From Rickettsiales bacterium (GTDB taxonomy: Bacteria > Pseudomonadota > Alphaproteobacteria > Rickettsiales > UBA3002): 64,000 nucleotides of DNA. Positions 46,261-55,733 of the stretch are shown piece by piece. The stretch covers positions 1,328,504-1,392,503 of the forward strand of contig CBDFGU010000009.1 of the NCBI GenBank assembly GCA_965247335.1. The letters are read 5' to 3'. The translations under genes and the position numbers were made by a program. The number at the start of each line of letters is the position of its first letter. Position 1 is the stretch's first letter. Below the pieces are notes generated by a model. It was not told the origin of the DNA. It worked only from the letters and a program-made list of their open reading frames with translations, and made no database searches.

Positions 46261-47631
46261 TTACGCGGCCTTGACCAAGCGTAGGATGACGGTCAGACCC
46301 TGGCCGTTTGCGCCATCCTGCAGAGTAATGGTGCCCTTGAAGCGCGCAACGCAATCCGCGACGATGGCCAGACCAAGACCGGTGCCTTCGACATCTGATA
46401 AGGCGGCGCGGTAAAAGCGCTGGAAGACGAGCTTGCGTTCATGCTCGGCAATACCCGGGCCGGTATCGGTGATGGTAAGGATGCACTCGGCCGCGTCGGA
46501 TCGGATGGTAACGTCAATATGTCCGTTTGCCTGCGTGTATTTAATGGCGTTTTCGACGATATTAGTGATGACGAGAGTGAGCAGGATTTCATCGGCGATG
46601 ATTTGGGTGTCCTGTTCGCCCTCAAGGATGAATGTGAGCGACTTTGCACTGGCGAGCGGTGCCATTTCGGCCAAAATCCGTGCGGTGATGGGGTAAAGCG
46701 GGATAGGCGAAAGCGTCACCGGCTGATAGCTGACGCGGGCGGCGATAAGCAAACGGTTGACGAGTTCCGTTGCTTGGTTGTTGCTGGCTTCGAGATCCGC
46801 GAGCAGCGGCGCGCGTTCTGCATCACTGTCGGCATCCTTCAGCATCTGGATAAGCAGGCGGCTACCCGCAAGCGGCGTGCGTAATTGGTGCGCGGCATGA
46901 TCGGCGAATCGGCGTTCGGCGCTGATCGATTGGGCGAGCTTGCCGAAGAGGCGGTTGATGGAATTGCTCAAGGGCGCGAAGTCGCGTGGCAGGGCCGTGG
47001 CGCTGACGGTCGAGAGGTCGTCCGCGCTGCGTTCGTGGAGCTGACGCACCAAAGTTTGCATCACGCGCAGGCCGTTGCGCAGGCCGATCCATAATCCGAG
47101 TGTCAGAAGCGGCACAACAAGCAATAATGGGATAAACAGATCGAACAGGATGTTCCACGAGAGAGCGTTGCGCAAGAGACGCCGCTCGCCGATCTCGATC
47201 GAAACTTTGCCAGAGTCGACTTCCAGAGTGTAAATGCGCCAGTGATGGTTCTTGTAAACAAGGTCGGTAAAGCCCTCAGGCAACTTGGGCGTGTCTTTCG
47301 TGAATGCCGTATCCGAGGCCATGACGATCCGGTTGCCCTGCCAAACACGGAACATGCGCGCACTGCCGTAATCGTCCGCATGGTCGTTCCAGATAGTCAG
47401 CACATTGGCGTTACGGCCCCCGGCTATATGCTTCGCATATCGACCATTCTCCAGCAGTTCATCGGCAATGAGCCCCCAAAGCACTTGCGCGTCGTTGGTC
47501 ATTTCCATGTCATACACGTAATTGATCTCGCGCCGGCAGCTGTAAAACGCAAGGATGCCGATCAGGAGCAAGAGCACCAGCATCGTCGGCAATGTACGCA
47601 AGAAAAGCTGGCTTGTGAGGGTGCGCTTCAT
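46261..47631 (-). CDS. Two-component sensor histidine kinase (two TM segments, periplasmic loop, HAMP, HisKA, HATPase_c)
   Basis: H-box AAHQLRTPLA, N-box ENAIKYT, G-boxes DTGPGI and GTGLGLAIV. ATGA-type overlap with the upstream response-regulator gene. Confidence 0.85.
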   Translation of the reverse strand: MKRTLTSQLFLRTLPTMLVLLLLIGILAFYSCRREINYVYDMEMTNDAQVLWGLIADELLENGRYAKHIAGGRNANVLTIWNDHADDYGSARMFRVWQGNRIVMASDTAFTKDTPKLPEGFTDLVYKNHHWRIYTLEVDSGKVSIEIGERRLLRNALSWNILFDLFIPLLLVVPLLTLGLWIGLRNGLRVMQTLVRQLHERSADDLSTVSATALPRDFAPLSNSINRLFGKLAQSISAERRFADHAAHQLRTPLAGSRLLIQMLKDADSDAERAPLLADLEASNNQATELVNRLLIAARVSYQPVTLSPIPLYPITARILAEMAPLASAKSLTFILEGEQDTQIIADEILLTLVITNIVENAIKYTQANGHIDVTIRSDAAECILTITDTGPGIAEHERKLVFQRFYRAALSDVEGTGLGLAIVADCVARFKGTITLQDGANGQGLTVILRLVKAA

Positions 47632-48287
47632 GAATGGACGATGTAGCCGATGCCGCGTAGCGACTTGATGAAATGCGGCCCGAGCTTCTTGCGCAGGTTG
47701 TAGATCGTGACTTCGATGGTATTACTCTCCGCCATCGATTCCGCATCGTAGAGCGCATATTCGATGTCATTCTTGGTGATGTATTTGTCGGCGCGTTCCA
47801 TCAGTAATTTCAGTAATCGGAATTCGCGCGCGGTGACGATGACCGTGACACCGTTATTCTTCACGGTACTTGCAGCAGGGTCAAGCTCCACAGTGCCGCA
47901 GGTGATGGTGGTAGCGATAGCGCGGTTGCCCGCACGGCGCAGCAAGGCGCGGATACGGGCGATAAGCTCCTCAAGATCGAACGGTTTGACGAGGTAGTCG
48001 TCGGCACCGTTATCGAGTCCTTCGACGCGTTGCGCCGGTGTATCGCGCGCGGTGAGGATCATGACGGGTGTTTCATTTTTCGCCGTCCGTAGACGCTTTA
48101 ACAATTCAAGTCCAGAAAGTTTGGGCAGGTTAATATCGAAGATGAAGAGATTGTATTCCGCGTTCTTGAGCGCAAGGGCAGCGGATTCTCCATCCTGCAG
48201 CCAATCGATACCATAGCCACGCTTTTCAATAGCGCGTTGGAGCGACGCGCCCAAGATCCGATCATCCTCGACAAGTAGAATACGCAT
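47628..48287 (-). CDS. OmpR/PhoB-family response regulator
   Basis: MRILLVEDD, phospho-acceptor FIFDINLPKLSG, KPF, and a C-terminal winged helix (LTAREFRLLKLL...RGIGY). Confidence 0.9.
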   Translation of the reverse strand: MRILLVEDDRILGASLQRAIEKRGYGIDWLQDGESAALALKNAEYNLFIFDINLPKLSGLELLKRLRTAKNETPVMILTARDTPAQRVEGLDNGADDYLVKPFDLEELIARIRALLRRAGNRAIATTITCGTVELDPAASTVKNNGVTVIVTAREFRLLKLLMERADKYITKNDIEYALYDAESMAESNTIEVTIYNLRKKLGPHFIKSLRGIGYIVHS

Positions 48288-48331
48288 GGCGCGAGCCTTA
48301 CAACGGCTACGACCAGATTACCAGCGGCGGG

Positions 48332-48700
48332 TTAACCTAGTAGCTTGGTGTAGGCCGCACGCGTGCGTTCAAGCAGGCTCTTGAGGTCATCCACCTGGGG
48401 GATGAGATAGGTCACGGAGCCCTGTGCGCCGAGTGCCTTGCGCGATTCGGTCTCAAGATACATGGCCACATCGGCGAGTTTTACCGCACCCATCTGCCGG
48501 GCAGAGGATTTCAGGGTATGGGCGGGCGGCACCATCGACTGCGCATCACCCATGCGCAGGCTGTCCTCGATCTTGCTGATATAGCCTTCCGCATCCTCGA
48601 GAAAGAAGGAGACGAGGCGCGGGAATTTGTCGAGCATCATGCTGCGTGCTTCGGCGACGGCGCTTTCGTCGAGCATGTCTTTCATGTCCTCTGTCGTCAT
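48332..48700 (-). CDS. Stand-alone Hpt (histidine phosphotransfer) protein
   Basis: 122 aa. Hpt signature AHTLKSSARQMGA. ATGA overlap with the hybrid-kinase stop (48697-48700). Confidence 0.75.
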   Translation of the reverse strand: MTTEDMKDMLDESAVAEARSMMLDKFPRLVSFFLEDAEGYISKIEDSLRMGDAQSMVPPAHTLKSSARQMGAVKLADVAMYLETESRKALGAQGSVTYLIPQVDDLKSLLERTRAAYTKLLG

Positions 48701-51700
48701 ATTGGTTCTCCTTGGTGGTAGGCGGTTAGCAGGGATTCGTAGGCGTCACGCGTCGCATTCCACATGAAGCGCATTTCCTCGAAGATAGGCCAGAGCTTGG
48801 TTGCATCGCCGTGGCTGTTCGAGGCGCGCGTAGCAACTTTCTCGAGGTCTTCGAACAATTGCGTCATGCGGAAAGCGCCCATGTAACCACAGGATGACCT
48901 GAGCGCATGCGCGGTGAGATAGACCGTGTAGGGATCGCGCTGCTCGCGGATATTGCGCTCGATGACCTCAAGCTGGAATTCGGTGTTGTTGATGAACAAA
49001 GCGATGACGTTGTTGATCTCGTTGCCCATGATGGATCGTGCTTCCTCCACGATATCCTGGTCGATCAGGCGCGTGATACTATGGCGGTTACGACGGGTAT
49101 CGTATTGCAGGCGGCGCTCTTCAGGGATCCATTTCAACAGCATGGTCTTGAGCTGCTCGGATTGCACGGGTTTGCTAAGATAATCATCCATCCCTGCCTT
49201 GAGGCACATGTCGCGGTCGCCAGCCATGGCATTCGCAGTGAGCGCAATGATAGGGCGTACGGGAACCTGGCCTTTGGCTTGGAGGTCACGAATCTGTCGG
49301 GTCGCTTCGAGGCCATCTATTTCCGGCATCTGCACATCCATCAGGATGATATCGTACGGCTGGTCGCGCTTGGCTTCTATCACGACCTCGAGACCGTTCT
49401 TTGCAGTGATGATCTTGCAGCCGAATTTCTCAAGGATCTCGATCGTGAATTCGAGATTGATCCGGTTGTCTTCGGCCATCAGGACGACGGTATCCGCAAG
49501 GGTATCATTCTGCTGTTGCAGCGTTTCGATCCGCTGGTCAGGCAGCCATTTCTGCAGAAGCCGCGCGAGCTGCTCACGGCGCAGGGGCTTGGTGACGTAA
49601 TCAATCATGCCAGCCTGCAGGCAGCGCTCGCGGTCGCCCTTCAGGATATTCGCAGTGAGGGCAATGATGGGCACATTCGAGATCTTTCCATCACGTTTCA
49701 TTTCCGTGATGGCGCGGCTCGCTTCGAACCCATCCATCTCTGGCATCTGGCAATCCATCAGGATGATGTCATACACGTTTTCGCTGGCCTTCAGTACCAC
49801 TTCACGCCCGGTCGCTGCGATGTCGAGGTTGCAGCCAAGGGCGGTCAGGATCTCGCTGGCGAATTCCTGGTTCACGCGGTTATCCTCGGCAAGTAACACA
49901 TTGGTGCCTGGGAACTGCACCTGACCAGTCTTCTTGCGATTGCGCCGGACGAACGAGTCATCGACAATAAGGCCGAATGTATGGCCATTCTTGTACGCTT
50001 CCCACACGGTCGCAACCGTCTCGACCATCGGCTGCACCCGCACCGGTTTGGCGAGCAGGGACGAAAAGCCAGTCTTGGCGAAACGTTCGATAAAGCCACG
50101 ACCGCCGGTGCAGGTAAGCATGATAATGGCCGTATCGTGGATAATAGGATCGGCTTTGACCTTGCGGGCCAGTTCCTCACCGTTGATATCAGGCATCAGG
50201 TAATCGGTGATCATCAGCTGGTAAGGTTGACCCTTTGCTTCGGCCTGATGCAGCATCAGCAATGCTTCAGAAGCGCTTTTGCAGCTATCGACCTGCATGC
50301 CGACCTGGATAAGCTGTTCGGCCAGGATAATGTTGTTGATCGCGATGTCATCGACCAACAAAGTCCGCACACCATTTAGGATGGTTGGCGATGCACCGAA
50401 ATCGAGCGACTGGTCGATCTCTTCGCCACTGGTCGGCAAGGACATGGTGAACCAGAACTTCGAGCCTTTGCCCTGCTCGCTTTCAACGCCGATTTCCCCA
50501 CCCATTAAACCGGCAAGCTGCCGGGTGATGGAAAGACCCAAGCCGGTACCGCCGAATTTGCGGGTGGTCGAGGTGTCGGCCTGGGTGAATTTCTCGAAGA
50601 TTTTTTGCTTGGCATCTTCGGGGATGCCGACTCCGGTATCACTGACCGAGATCATCAGGCAGTGATTTTCGGCCGAACCGTTAACAGGACAGAGATTGTT
50701 TTCGACATTCAGTAAAATATGCCCGCGGTCAGTGAATTTGATGGCGTTACTGAGCAGGTTGCAGATGATCTGGCGGATGCGCATCGGATCACCGATTAGG
50801 TGCCGTGGTGTGCCGGGCGCATAACGCACGATCAGTTCAAGCGCTTTTTCGCGGGCCTGGACGGCAAGCAGTTCCGCGGCGCCCTCGACCACGTGCAGCA
50901 GATTAAAGGGCACGTTCTCCATCTCGATCTTGCCGGCCTCGATTTTGCTGAAATCGAGGATGTCGTTAATGATGTTGAGCAGCGATTCGGCCGAATGCAT
51001 CACGGTCGAGGCATAATGCGTCTGTTTCTTGGTGAGATCAGTCTCCATGAGCAGCTCCGTCATCCCGAGGATGCCGTTCATCGGGGTGCGGATCTCATGG
51101 CTCATCGTGGCGAGGAAGTCGGATTTCATGCGGTTGGCGCGTTCGGCTTCAAGTTGCGATTTGCGCAGTTTCGCTTCAGCAAGTTTTCGATCGGTGATGA
51201 TCGTGTTAAAGCCAGCCATGCGGTAAGGATTGCCATATTCATCCCGGTTTGCCGTGCCGCGCGCCTCGAACCAGACATAGTGCCCATCTTTATGCCGCAT
51301 GCGGAATTCAACGTTGTAAAGCGTGCGCTTGGCAAGATGAGCGTCGACTGCTTCCCATACGCGTGATGCGTCTTCAGGGTGGAGATAGTTGCGGAACGAA
51401 TCGACATGGCCCGGAAATTCTTCTGGTGTATAGCCGAGGGCGAGGATGAAGCTCGGACTATAGAAGCATTCGTCGGTCAGCAGGTTTAGGTCCCAGATCG
51501 AATCATTGCTGCCACTGACGGCGAGCGTCAGACGTTCCTGGCTGAGTTGCAACGCATCGCGCGCGTTGCGTAATGTGTCCTCGGCATCCTTGCGTTCGGT
51601 GATGATGGAAGTGAACCCGGTCATGCGGTAGGGCGTACCTTGTTCGTTCCAGCTGGCGGTACCGCGGCCTTCGCACCAAACGTAATGTCCGTCCTTGTGG

Positions 51701-52476
51701 CGCAGGCGATATTCGATACGGTACGGCATCTGCTTGGTAAAATGCGCTTCATGCGCTGCCCAGACGCTTGCGGTATCTTCCGGATGCATGAGGTGCTTGA
51801 AGGTGTCGATATGGTCGGCAAGCTCGCCAATTTTATAGCCCAGTGCGGTCATGAAACGTGCACCGTAATAAACATCGCCAGTGATGACGTTCCAGTCCCA
51901 CAGCCCGTCGTTACTGCCGCTTGAAGCAAGGTTCAGGCGCTCCTCGCTGATCTTCAGGGCATCGAGTACATGCTTTTGAGTCGTAATGTCCATGGCAACG
52001 GCGAGGACGCCCTGAACATTACCGTTCTGGTCGTAATGCGGGGTCTTATCGGTCGATAGCCAGATCGTCTCACCGCCGGGTTTCGTAAAGGGTTCGATAA
52101 TACCGAGCTTCGGTTTTTTCGTCTGGATGACCTCAAGATCATCGCGGTGATAGCGTTCGGCATTGGCGCCATACAGTATTTCACCCGGCACGCCCACATA
52201 CTTCGTGATATCGCCGCCGAGCATCTCGGCGGCTTTTTTGTTCATGCGTAGGGTAACGTTGTTCGTATTCTTGTACCAGATGGATGTTGGCACGGTATCG
52301 AACAGCAACTGCAGGTCGTCGCGCTGTGCGGTAATTTCACGTTGGAGGTGATGGTTGCTGGCGACGAGGCGGCGGTGGCGGCGGGACTGATAATAAAACA
52401 ACACTGCCGCGGCAATCGCGAGAATAACGATGTCGATGTCGGGCAGGGTTATCATGGCGATACGATCGTACGACAC
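48697..52476 (-). CDS. Hybrid sensor histidine kinase: TM, 3 PAS, HisKA, HATPase_c, 3 receiver domains, C-terminal Hpt
   Basis: 1259 aa. Two nearly parallel PAS repeats (SGSNDGLWDWN...YRLRHKDGHYVW and SGSNDSIWDLN...FRMRHKDGHYVW) plus an earlier PAS. H-box MSHEIRTPMNG. GTGLGLSI. Three receivers (MITDYLMPDING, ILMDCQMPEMDG, ILMDVQMPEIDG). Terminal Hpt AHALRSSCGYMGA. Confidence 0.9.
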   Translation of the reverse strand: MSYDRIAMITLPDIDIVILAIAAAVLFYYQSRRHRRLVASNHHLQREITAQRDDLQLLFDTVPTSIWYKNTNNVTLRMNKKAAEMLGGDITKYVGVPGEILYGANAERYHRDDLEVIQTKKPKLGIIEPFTKPGGETIWLSTDKTPHYDQNGNVQGVLAVAMDITTQKHVLDALKISEERLNLASSGSNDGLWDWNVITGDVYYGARFMTALGYKIGELADHIDTFKHLMHPEDTASVWAAHEAHFTKQMPYRIEYRLRHKDGHYVWCEGRGTASWNEQGTPYRMTGFTSIITERKDAEDTLRNARDALQLSQERLTLAVSGSNDSIWDLNLLTDECFYSPSFILALGYTPEEFPGHVDSFRNYLHPEDASRVWEAVDAHLAKRTLYNVEFRMRHKDGHYVWFEARGTANRDEYGNPYRMAGFNTIITDRKLAEAKLRKSQLEAERANRMKSDFLATMSHEIRTPMNGILGMTELLMETDLTKKQTHYASTVMHSAESLLNIINDILDFSKIEAGKIEMENVPFNLLHVVEGAAELLAVQAREKALELIVRYAPGTPRHLIGDPMRIRQIICNLLSNAIKFTDRGHILLNVENNLCPVNGSAENHCLMISVSDTGVGIPEDAKQKIFEKFTQADTSTTRKFGGTGLGLSITRQLAGLMGGEIGVESEQGKGSKFWFTMSLPTSGEEIDQSLDFGASPTILNGVRTLLVDDIAINNIILAEQLIQVGMQVDSCKSASEALLMLHQAEAKGQPYQLMITDYLMPDINGEELARKVKADPIIHDTAIIMLTCTGGRGFIERFAKTGFSSLLAKPVRVQPMVETVATVWEAYKNGHTFGLIVDDSFVRRNRKKTGQVQFPGTNVLLAEDNRVNQEFASEILTALGCNLDIAATGREVVLKASENVYDIILMDCQMPEMDGFEASRAITEMKRDGKISNVPIIALTANILKGDRERCLQAGMIDYVTKPLRREQLARLLQKWLPDQRIETLQQQNDTLADTVVLMAEDNRINLEFTIEILEKFGCKIITAKNGLEVVIEAKRDQPYDIILMDVQMPEIDGLEATRQIRDLQAKGQVPVRPIIALTANAMAGDRDMCLKAGMDDYLSKPVQSEQLKTMLLKWIPEERRLQYDTRRNRHSITRLIDQDIVEEARSIMGNEINNVIALFINNTEFQLEVIERNIREQRDPYTVYLTAHALRSSCGYMGAFRMTQLFEDLEKVATRASNSHGDATKLWPIFEEMRFMWNATRDAYESLLTAYHQGEPI

Positions 52477-52687
52477 GCGGATTCAGGCGTATGGTAATGG
52501 CGGTGACGTATGATGGTTACCTGCAAATAAGGTTGTAGTGCGCAAACGAAATCTGCAACCCAGAGATAGATTATTATTTACAGTATTGCAATCAAAGGTT
52601 GAGAGAATAAGTTTGATTCGCCGTCATAAGCATCCTCTACCGGTACAAAGAATAAGCTGAATTATATTGATATTGAGGATCTTGAAC

Positions 52688-52723
52688 AAAAAAAAGACCG
52701 GCAAGCGGGGAACTTGCCGGTCT
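52688..52723 (-). terminator. Rho-independent terminator after the 52745-53101 gene
   Basis: On the minus strand, AGACCGGCAAG / CTTGCCGGTCT stem with a 7-nt loop, followed by T8. Confidence 0.8.
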
Positions 52724-52744
52724 TCTAAGTCGATCCGTCGCAGA

Positions 52745-53101
52745 CTACCGCGCGGTGCTGGCGCCCGGCTCAGCTTTTTGATCTTTGATATGTTCGCTAT
52801 TGCGATTGAGCTGACGGTTCATGTGGCGCTGTTCTTTCTTAGTCAGGTGGCCATTATGCTTGGCTTCATCCGCTGATTCCTCCTGCGAGACTTTAGCGTC
52901 ACGGGCCTGGTCGCGCTCTTCCTGTTTTGCGGTGATCGTACCGCTATTGACACCGGCATCGGTGCGGGTTTCCTGATTTTCCAGACGCTGATTCACTTCG
53001 TTAACGCGCGGATGCCCCGCAACGGTAGCCTGCGCGAAAGCGCTGGTGGCGGTGAGGGAGGCGAGGCTTGCAGCGACAAACATTACAGTACGGATTGCCA
53101 T
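52745..53101 (-). CDS. Small secreted charged protein of unknown function
   Basis: Signal peptide MAIRTVMFVAASLASLTATSAFA. The mature part is rich in Q/E/R/K/N with two similar segments (SGTITAKQEERDQARD and NGHLTKKEQRHMNRQLNRN). Has its own terminator. Confidence 0.6.
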   Translation of the reverse strand: MAIRTVMFVAASLASLTATSAFAQATVAGHPRVNEVNQRLENQETRTDAGVNSGTITAKQEERDQARDAKVSQEESADEAKHNGHLTKKEQRHMNRQLNRNSEHIKDQKAEPGASTAR

Positions 53102-53208
53102 GGGTAACTCCTTTGCTGGTTAAGTTGGTGAGACCATCTATGCGCCTTGAAACTGATGTCTACCTGACGCTGGAATAAGAGGACGATTAAGAAATATTTC
53201 GTGTAAAA

Positions 53209-53241
53209 AATAATGAAACGCACCCGTTGCGTTCCATTATT
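53209..53241. promoter_or_regulatory. 14-bp inverted repeat (candidate operator) upstream of the 53304 operon
   Basis: AATAATGAAACGCA (53209-53222) and TGCGTTCCATTATT (53228-53241), 13/14 complementary, 5-bp spacer. Lies ~60 nt upstream of ATG 53304, just before a TATATG -10-like element. Confidence 0.35.
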
Positions 53242-53303
53242 CGTGATGCTATATGTCACTGCATGGCAACCGACCAAAGATTGCTCAAACCTTGGAGAAC
53301 ATC

Positions 53304-53660
53304 ATGAAACATAAACTCGTCACAATGCTTGCGCTGTCGACCATGATGGCGGCCACCCCGCTCACCGATGCCTCGGCGCATGGCTGGGGCGGCCACCGCG
53401 GTCATGGCGGTCGCGACTTCGGTCTCTTCGCATTTGGCGCAGCTGTTGTCGGCGCAACGGCGGTCGTGTTGAGCGCACCGTTCAATGCGATTGCGGAAGC
53501 GGGATCTGCACCGCCTCAACCGTACTATCCACCCCAACAGGCATACCAGCAAGCCCCGCAGCCTTATTATTATGCGCCCGCACCACAAGCATACTATGCA
53601 CCGCCGCCGGTTTACTATGCGCCTCAACCGTATTATGCCCCGCGCTATTATCGGTACTAG
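53304..53660 (+). CDS. Small secreted/membrane protein with Gly/His motif and Pro/Tyr/Gln-rich tail
   Basis: Start taken at MKHKLVTMLALSTMMAATPLTDASA (signal peptide), preceded by GGAGAA. Then HGWGGHRGHGGRD, a hydrophobic helix FGLFAFGAAVVGATAVVLSAPF, and the tail PPQPYYPPQQAYQQAPQPYYYAPAPQAYYAPPPVYYAPQPYYAPRYYRY. Confidence 0.55.
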   Translation: MKHKLVTMLALSTMMAATPLTDASAHGWGGHRGHGGRDFGLFAFGAAVVGATAVVLSAPFNAIAEAGSAPPQPYYPPQQAYQQAPQPYYYAPAPQAYYAPPPVYYAPQPYYAPRYYRY

Positions 53661-53666
53661 ATAGCT

Positions 53667-54338
53667 ATGTCGGCAATAAAATCCGCTACCCGGAAAAAGC
53701 CCGCCCGCAAGGGTGGGCGCCCGAGTGCTAGCCAATCGGAAATGATTGGCGATCATATCCTCAATGTGGCAAGCGGGATCTTCCTCGAACAGGGTTATGG
53801 GGCGACGAGCATCGAAGCCATTGCGCAATCGGCAGGCATCTCGAAGCGCACGTTCTATTCCCGGTTCAAGGATAAGGAAGACGTATTCGCTGCGGTTGTG
53901 CATCAACTGGTGACGAAATTGCGCCCGCCACAGGATGCCAAATTGTTCACTGGCAAAAGCCGCGAAGTGCTATTGTTGCACCTTGCGAAGGTGATTCTTG
54001 ATGCTGCATTGCAGCCGCAGGCGCTAGCGCTCCACCGAATCATGGTCGTCGAGTCGGCGCGTTTTCCAGAGCTGGCAAAGGTGATGGACACTCAAGGTGC
54101 GCGCGGAGAAGCGGTGCATCGGATCGCCCAACTGCTGCAACATACTTCACCGCAGCGGAAGCTCGCGCACAAAGACGCAGAGTTCGCGGCCGAACAATTC
54201 CTCGATGTCGTCATCACGACGCCGCAACGCCGTGCGATTGGACTTGGCACGCCGATGGCGAAGGTAGAAGTCGAGCGCTGGGGCAGGCAGGCAGTCGCCC
54301 TTTTCCTGCATGGCTGCGACGGATTCAACGCTACATAA
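53667..54338 (+). CDS. TetR/AcrR-family transcriptional regulator
   Basis: N-terminal HTH ILNVASGIFLEQGYGATSIEAIAQSAGISKRTFYSRFKDKEDVF and a helical C-terminal ligand domain. Confidence 0.85.
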   Translation: MSAIKSATRKKPARKGGRPSASQSEMIGDHILNVASGIFLEQGYGATSIEAIAQSAGISKRTFYSRFKDKEDVFAAVVHQLVTKLRPPQDAKLFTGKSREVLLLHLAKVILDAALQPQALALHRIMVVESARFPELAKVMDTQGARGEAVHRIAQLLQHTSPQRKLAHKDAEFAAEQFLDVVITTPQRRAIGLGTPMAKVEVERWGRQAVALFLHGCDGFNAT

Positions 54339-54382
54339 GTAAATCACATTGCGCCGATTCTAATTTTCATTAAGGTCGCGCC

Positions 54383-55729
54383 ATGCGCCCAGACACTTAC
54401 GTTGCTGCGACCCGCTTTGGCCTTGGCCCGCGCCCGGATGAGGCAGGCCGTATCGAGTCCTCGCCCAAAGACTGGCTGCGGGCGCAGACAAGCCACCCTG
54501 AGGATCCCTCTACCGATTTTTCAAGCCTTGCTACCGCGCAGCAGAATGCAGCTTCATTCATGGAAGCCCGTCGAGCCGTGAAAGAAAGCGGCAAGGAAAA
54601 AGACTCGGAGATGGTGCATAAACTGGGTAAGGAAATGCACCAGATCTACGTGGCTGAAATGTCGGCGAAAGCGACGCATGCAGTGAATACGACGACACCC
54701 TTCTACGAACGGCTGGTTGATTTCTGGAGCAACCATTTCAGTGTCTCGATTCAGAAGCATGAAACGATCGGAATTGCAGGGGCATTCGAGCGTGAGGTCA
54801 TCCGCTCGCGCGTGACGGGAAATTTCCGTGACCTGCTGCTCGCGGCGGAAAAGCATCCGGCGATGCTTATCTATCTTGATAACTTCCAATCCGTCGGCCC
54901 CAATTCACGGGCGGGCGAGCGCATGAAAAAAGGCCTCAACGAAAATCTTGCGCGGGAGATCATGGAACTGCATACGCTCGGGGTCGATGCAGGCTATACG
55001 CAGACGGATGTGACCAGTTTCGCGAAAGTGCTCACCGGCTGGGGAATCGGCAACGGTCAACAGGGCGAGATGGGGGCGTATACGTTCAACCCCAACCGGC
55101 ACGAGCCGGGCGACCAGATCGTCTTCGGCAAAAATTACCCGGACCGGGGCATGGAACAGGGGCGCGATGTGCTCATCGATTTCGCCAACCATCCGAAGAC
55201 GGCGCATCACATCAGCTTCAAGCTGGCGCGGCATTTCATTGCGGATGAACCGCCGGAAGCGGCGGTGATGGCCTTGACGCAGACCTTCATGCAGACGGGC
55301 GGCGAACTCGCCGCGGTGTATCGCACGCTGATCGCGCGCCCGGAGGCATGGTCGCTGCAGGTGCCTAAAATGAAGAATAGTTACGACCTCGTCATCTCCG
55401 CGGCGCGCCTGTGCGGCGGTGTTGTCGAGCCGCTCTGGTATCTGCAGTCGTTGCGGTTCCTCGGCGATGTGCCGCTGAATGCGAATTCCCCCGCCGGCTA
55501 CCCGGATACAGTGAAGCAGATCGCCGGGCCGGAAGCCGTGCTGCGGCGGATCGAGTGGGCGAAGGGGGCGGCGAATAAACTGCTGCCGCATACGGATATC
55601 ATGGCGTTGGCGGAAATGGCGATCGGGCCGATCATGGGTAATGCGACGCGCACGGCATTGACGCAAACGACCGAGCCTAAAGAACAACTGGCAGTGCTAC
55701 TCGGCTCGCCGGAATTCCAGCGGAGGTGA
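54383..55729 (+). CDS. DUF1800-family protein
   Basis: AATRFGLGPRP near the N-terminus and FWSNHFSVS, LHTLGVDAGYTQTDV, characteristic of DUF1800. Followed 4 nt later by its usual DUF1501 partner. Confidence 0.8.
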   Translation: MRPDTYVAATRFGLGPRPDEAGRIESSPKDWLRAQTSHPEDPSTDFSSLATAQQNAASFMEARRAVKESGKEKDSEMVHKLGKEMHQIYVAEMSAKATHAVNTTTPFYERLVDFWSNHFSVSIQKHETIGIAGAFEREVIRSRVTGNFRDLLLAAEKHPAMLIYLDNFQSVGPNSRAGERMKKGLNENLAREIMELHTLGVDAGYTQTDVTSFAKVLTGWGIGNGQQGEMGAYTFNPNRHEPGDQIVFGKNYPDRGMEQGRDVLIDFANHPKTAHHISFKLARHFIADEPPEAAVMALTQTFMQTGGELAAVYRTLIARPEAWSLQVPKMKNSYDLVISAARLCGGVVEPLWYLQSLRFLGDVPLNANSPAGYPDTVKQIAGPEAVLRRIEWAKGAANKLLPHTDIMALAEMAIGPIMGNATRTALTQTTEPKEQLAVLLGSPEFQRR

Positions 55730-55733
55730 CCCG

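Noticed and set aside
48907-49896. 329-aa ORF antisense to the receiver-domain region of the hybrid kinase
   Set aside because: The opposite strand encodes three intact receiver domains. The repeated pattern in the antisense translation simply mirrors those repeats.
53256-53906. 216-aa minus-strand ORF spanning the Pro/Tyr-rich gene and the start of the TetR gene
   Set aside because: It overlaps a clear TetR HTH on the plus strand. Its Arg/Cys-rich translation is the reverse reading of the P/Y/Q repeat. Kept only as the alternative hypothesis for the small plus-strand ORF.
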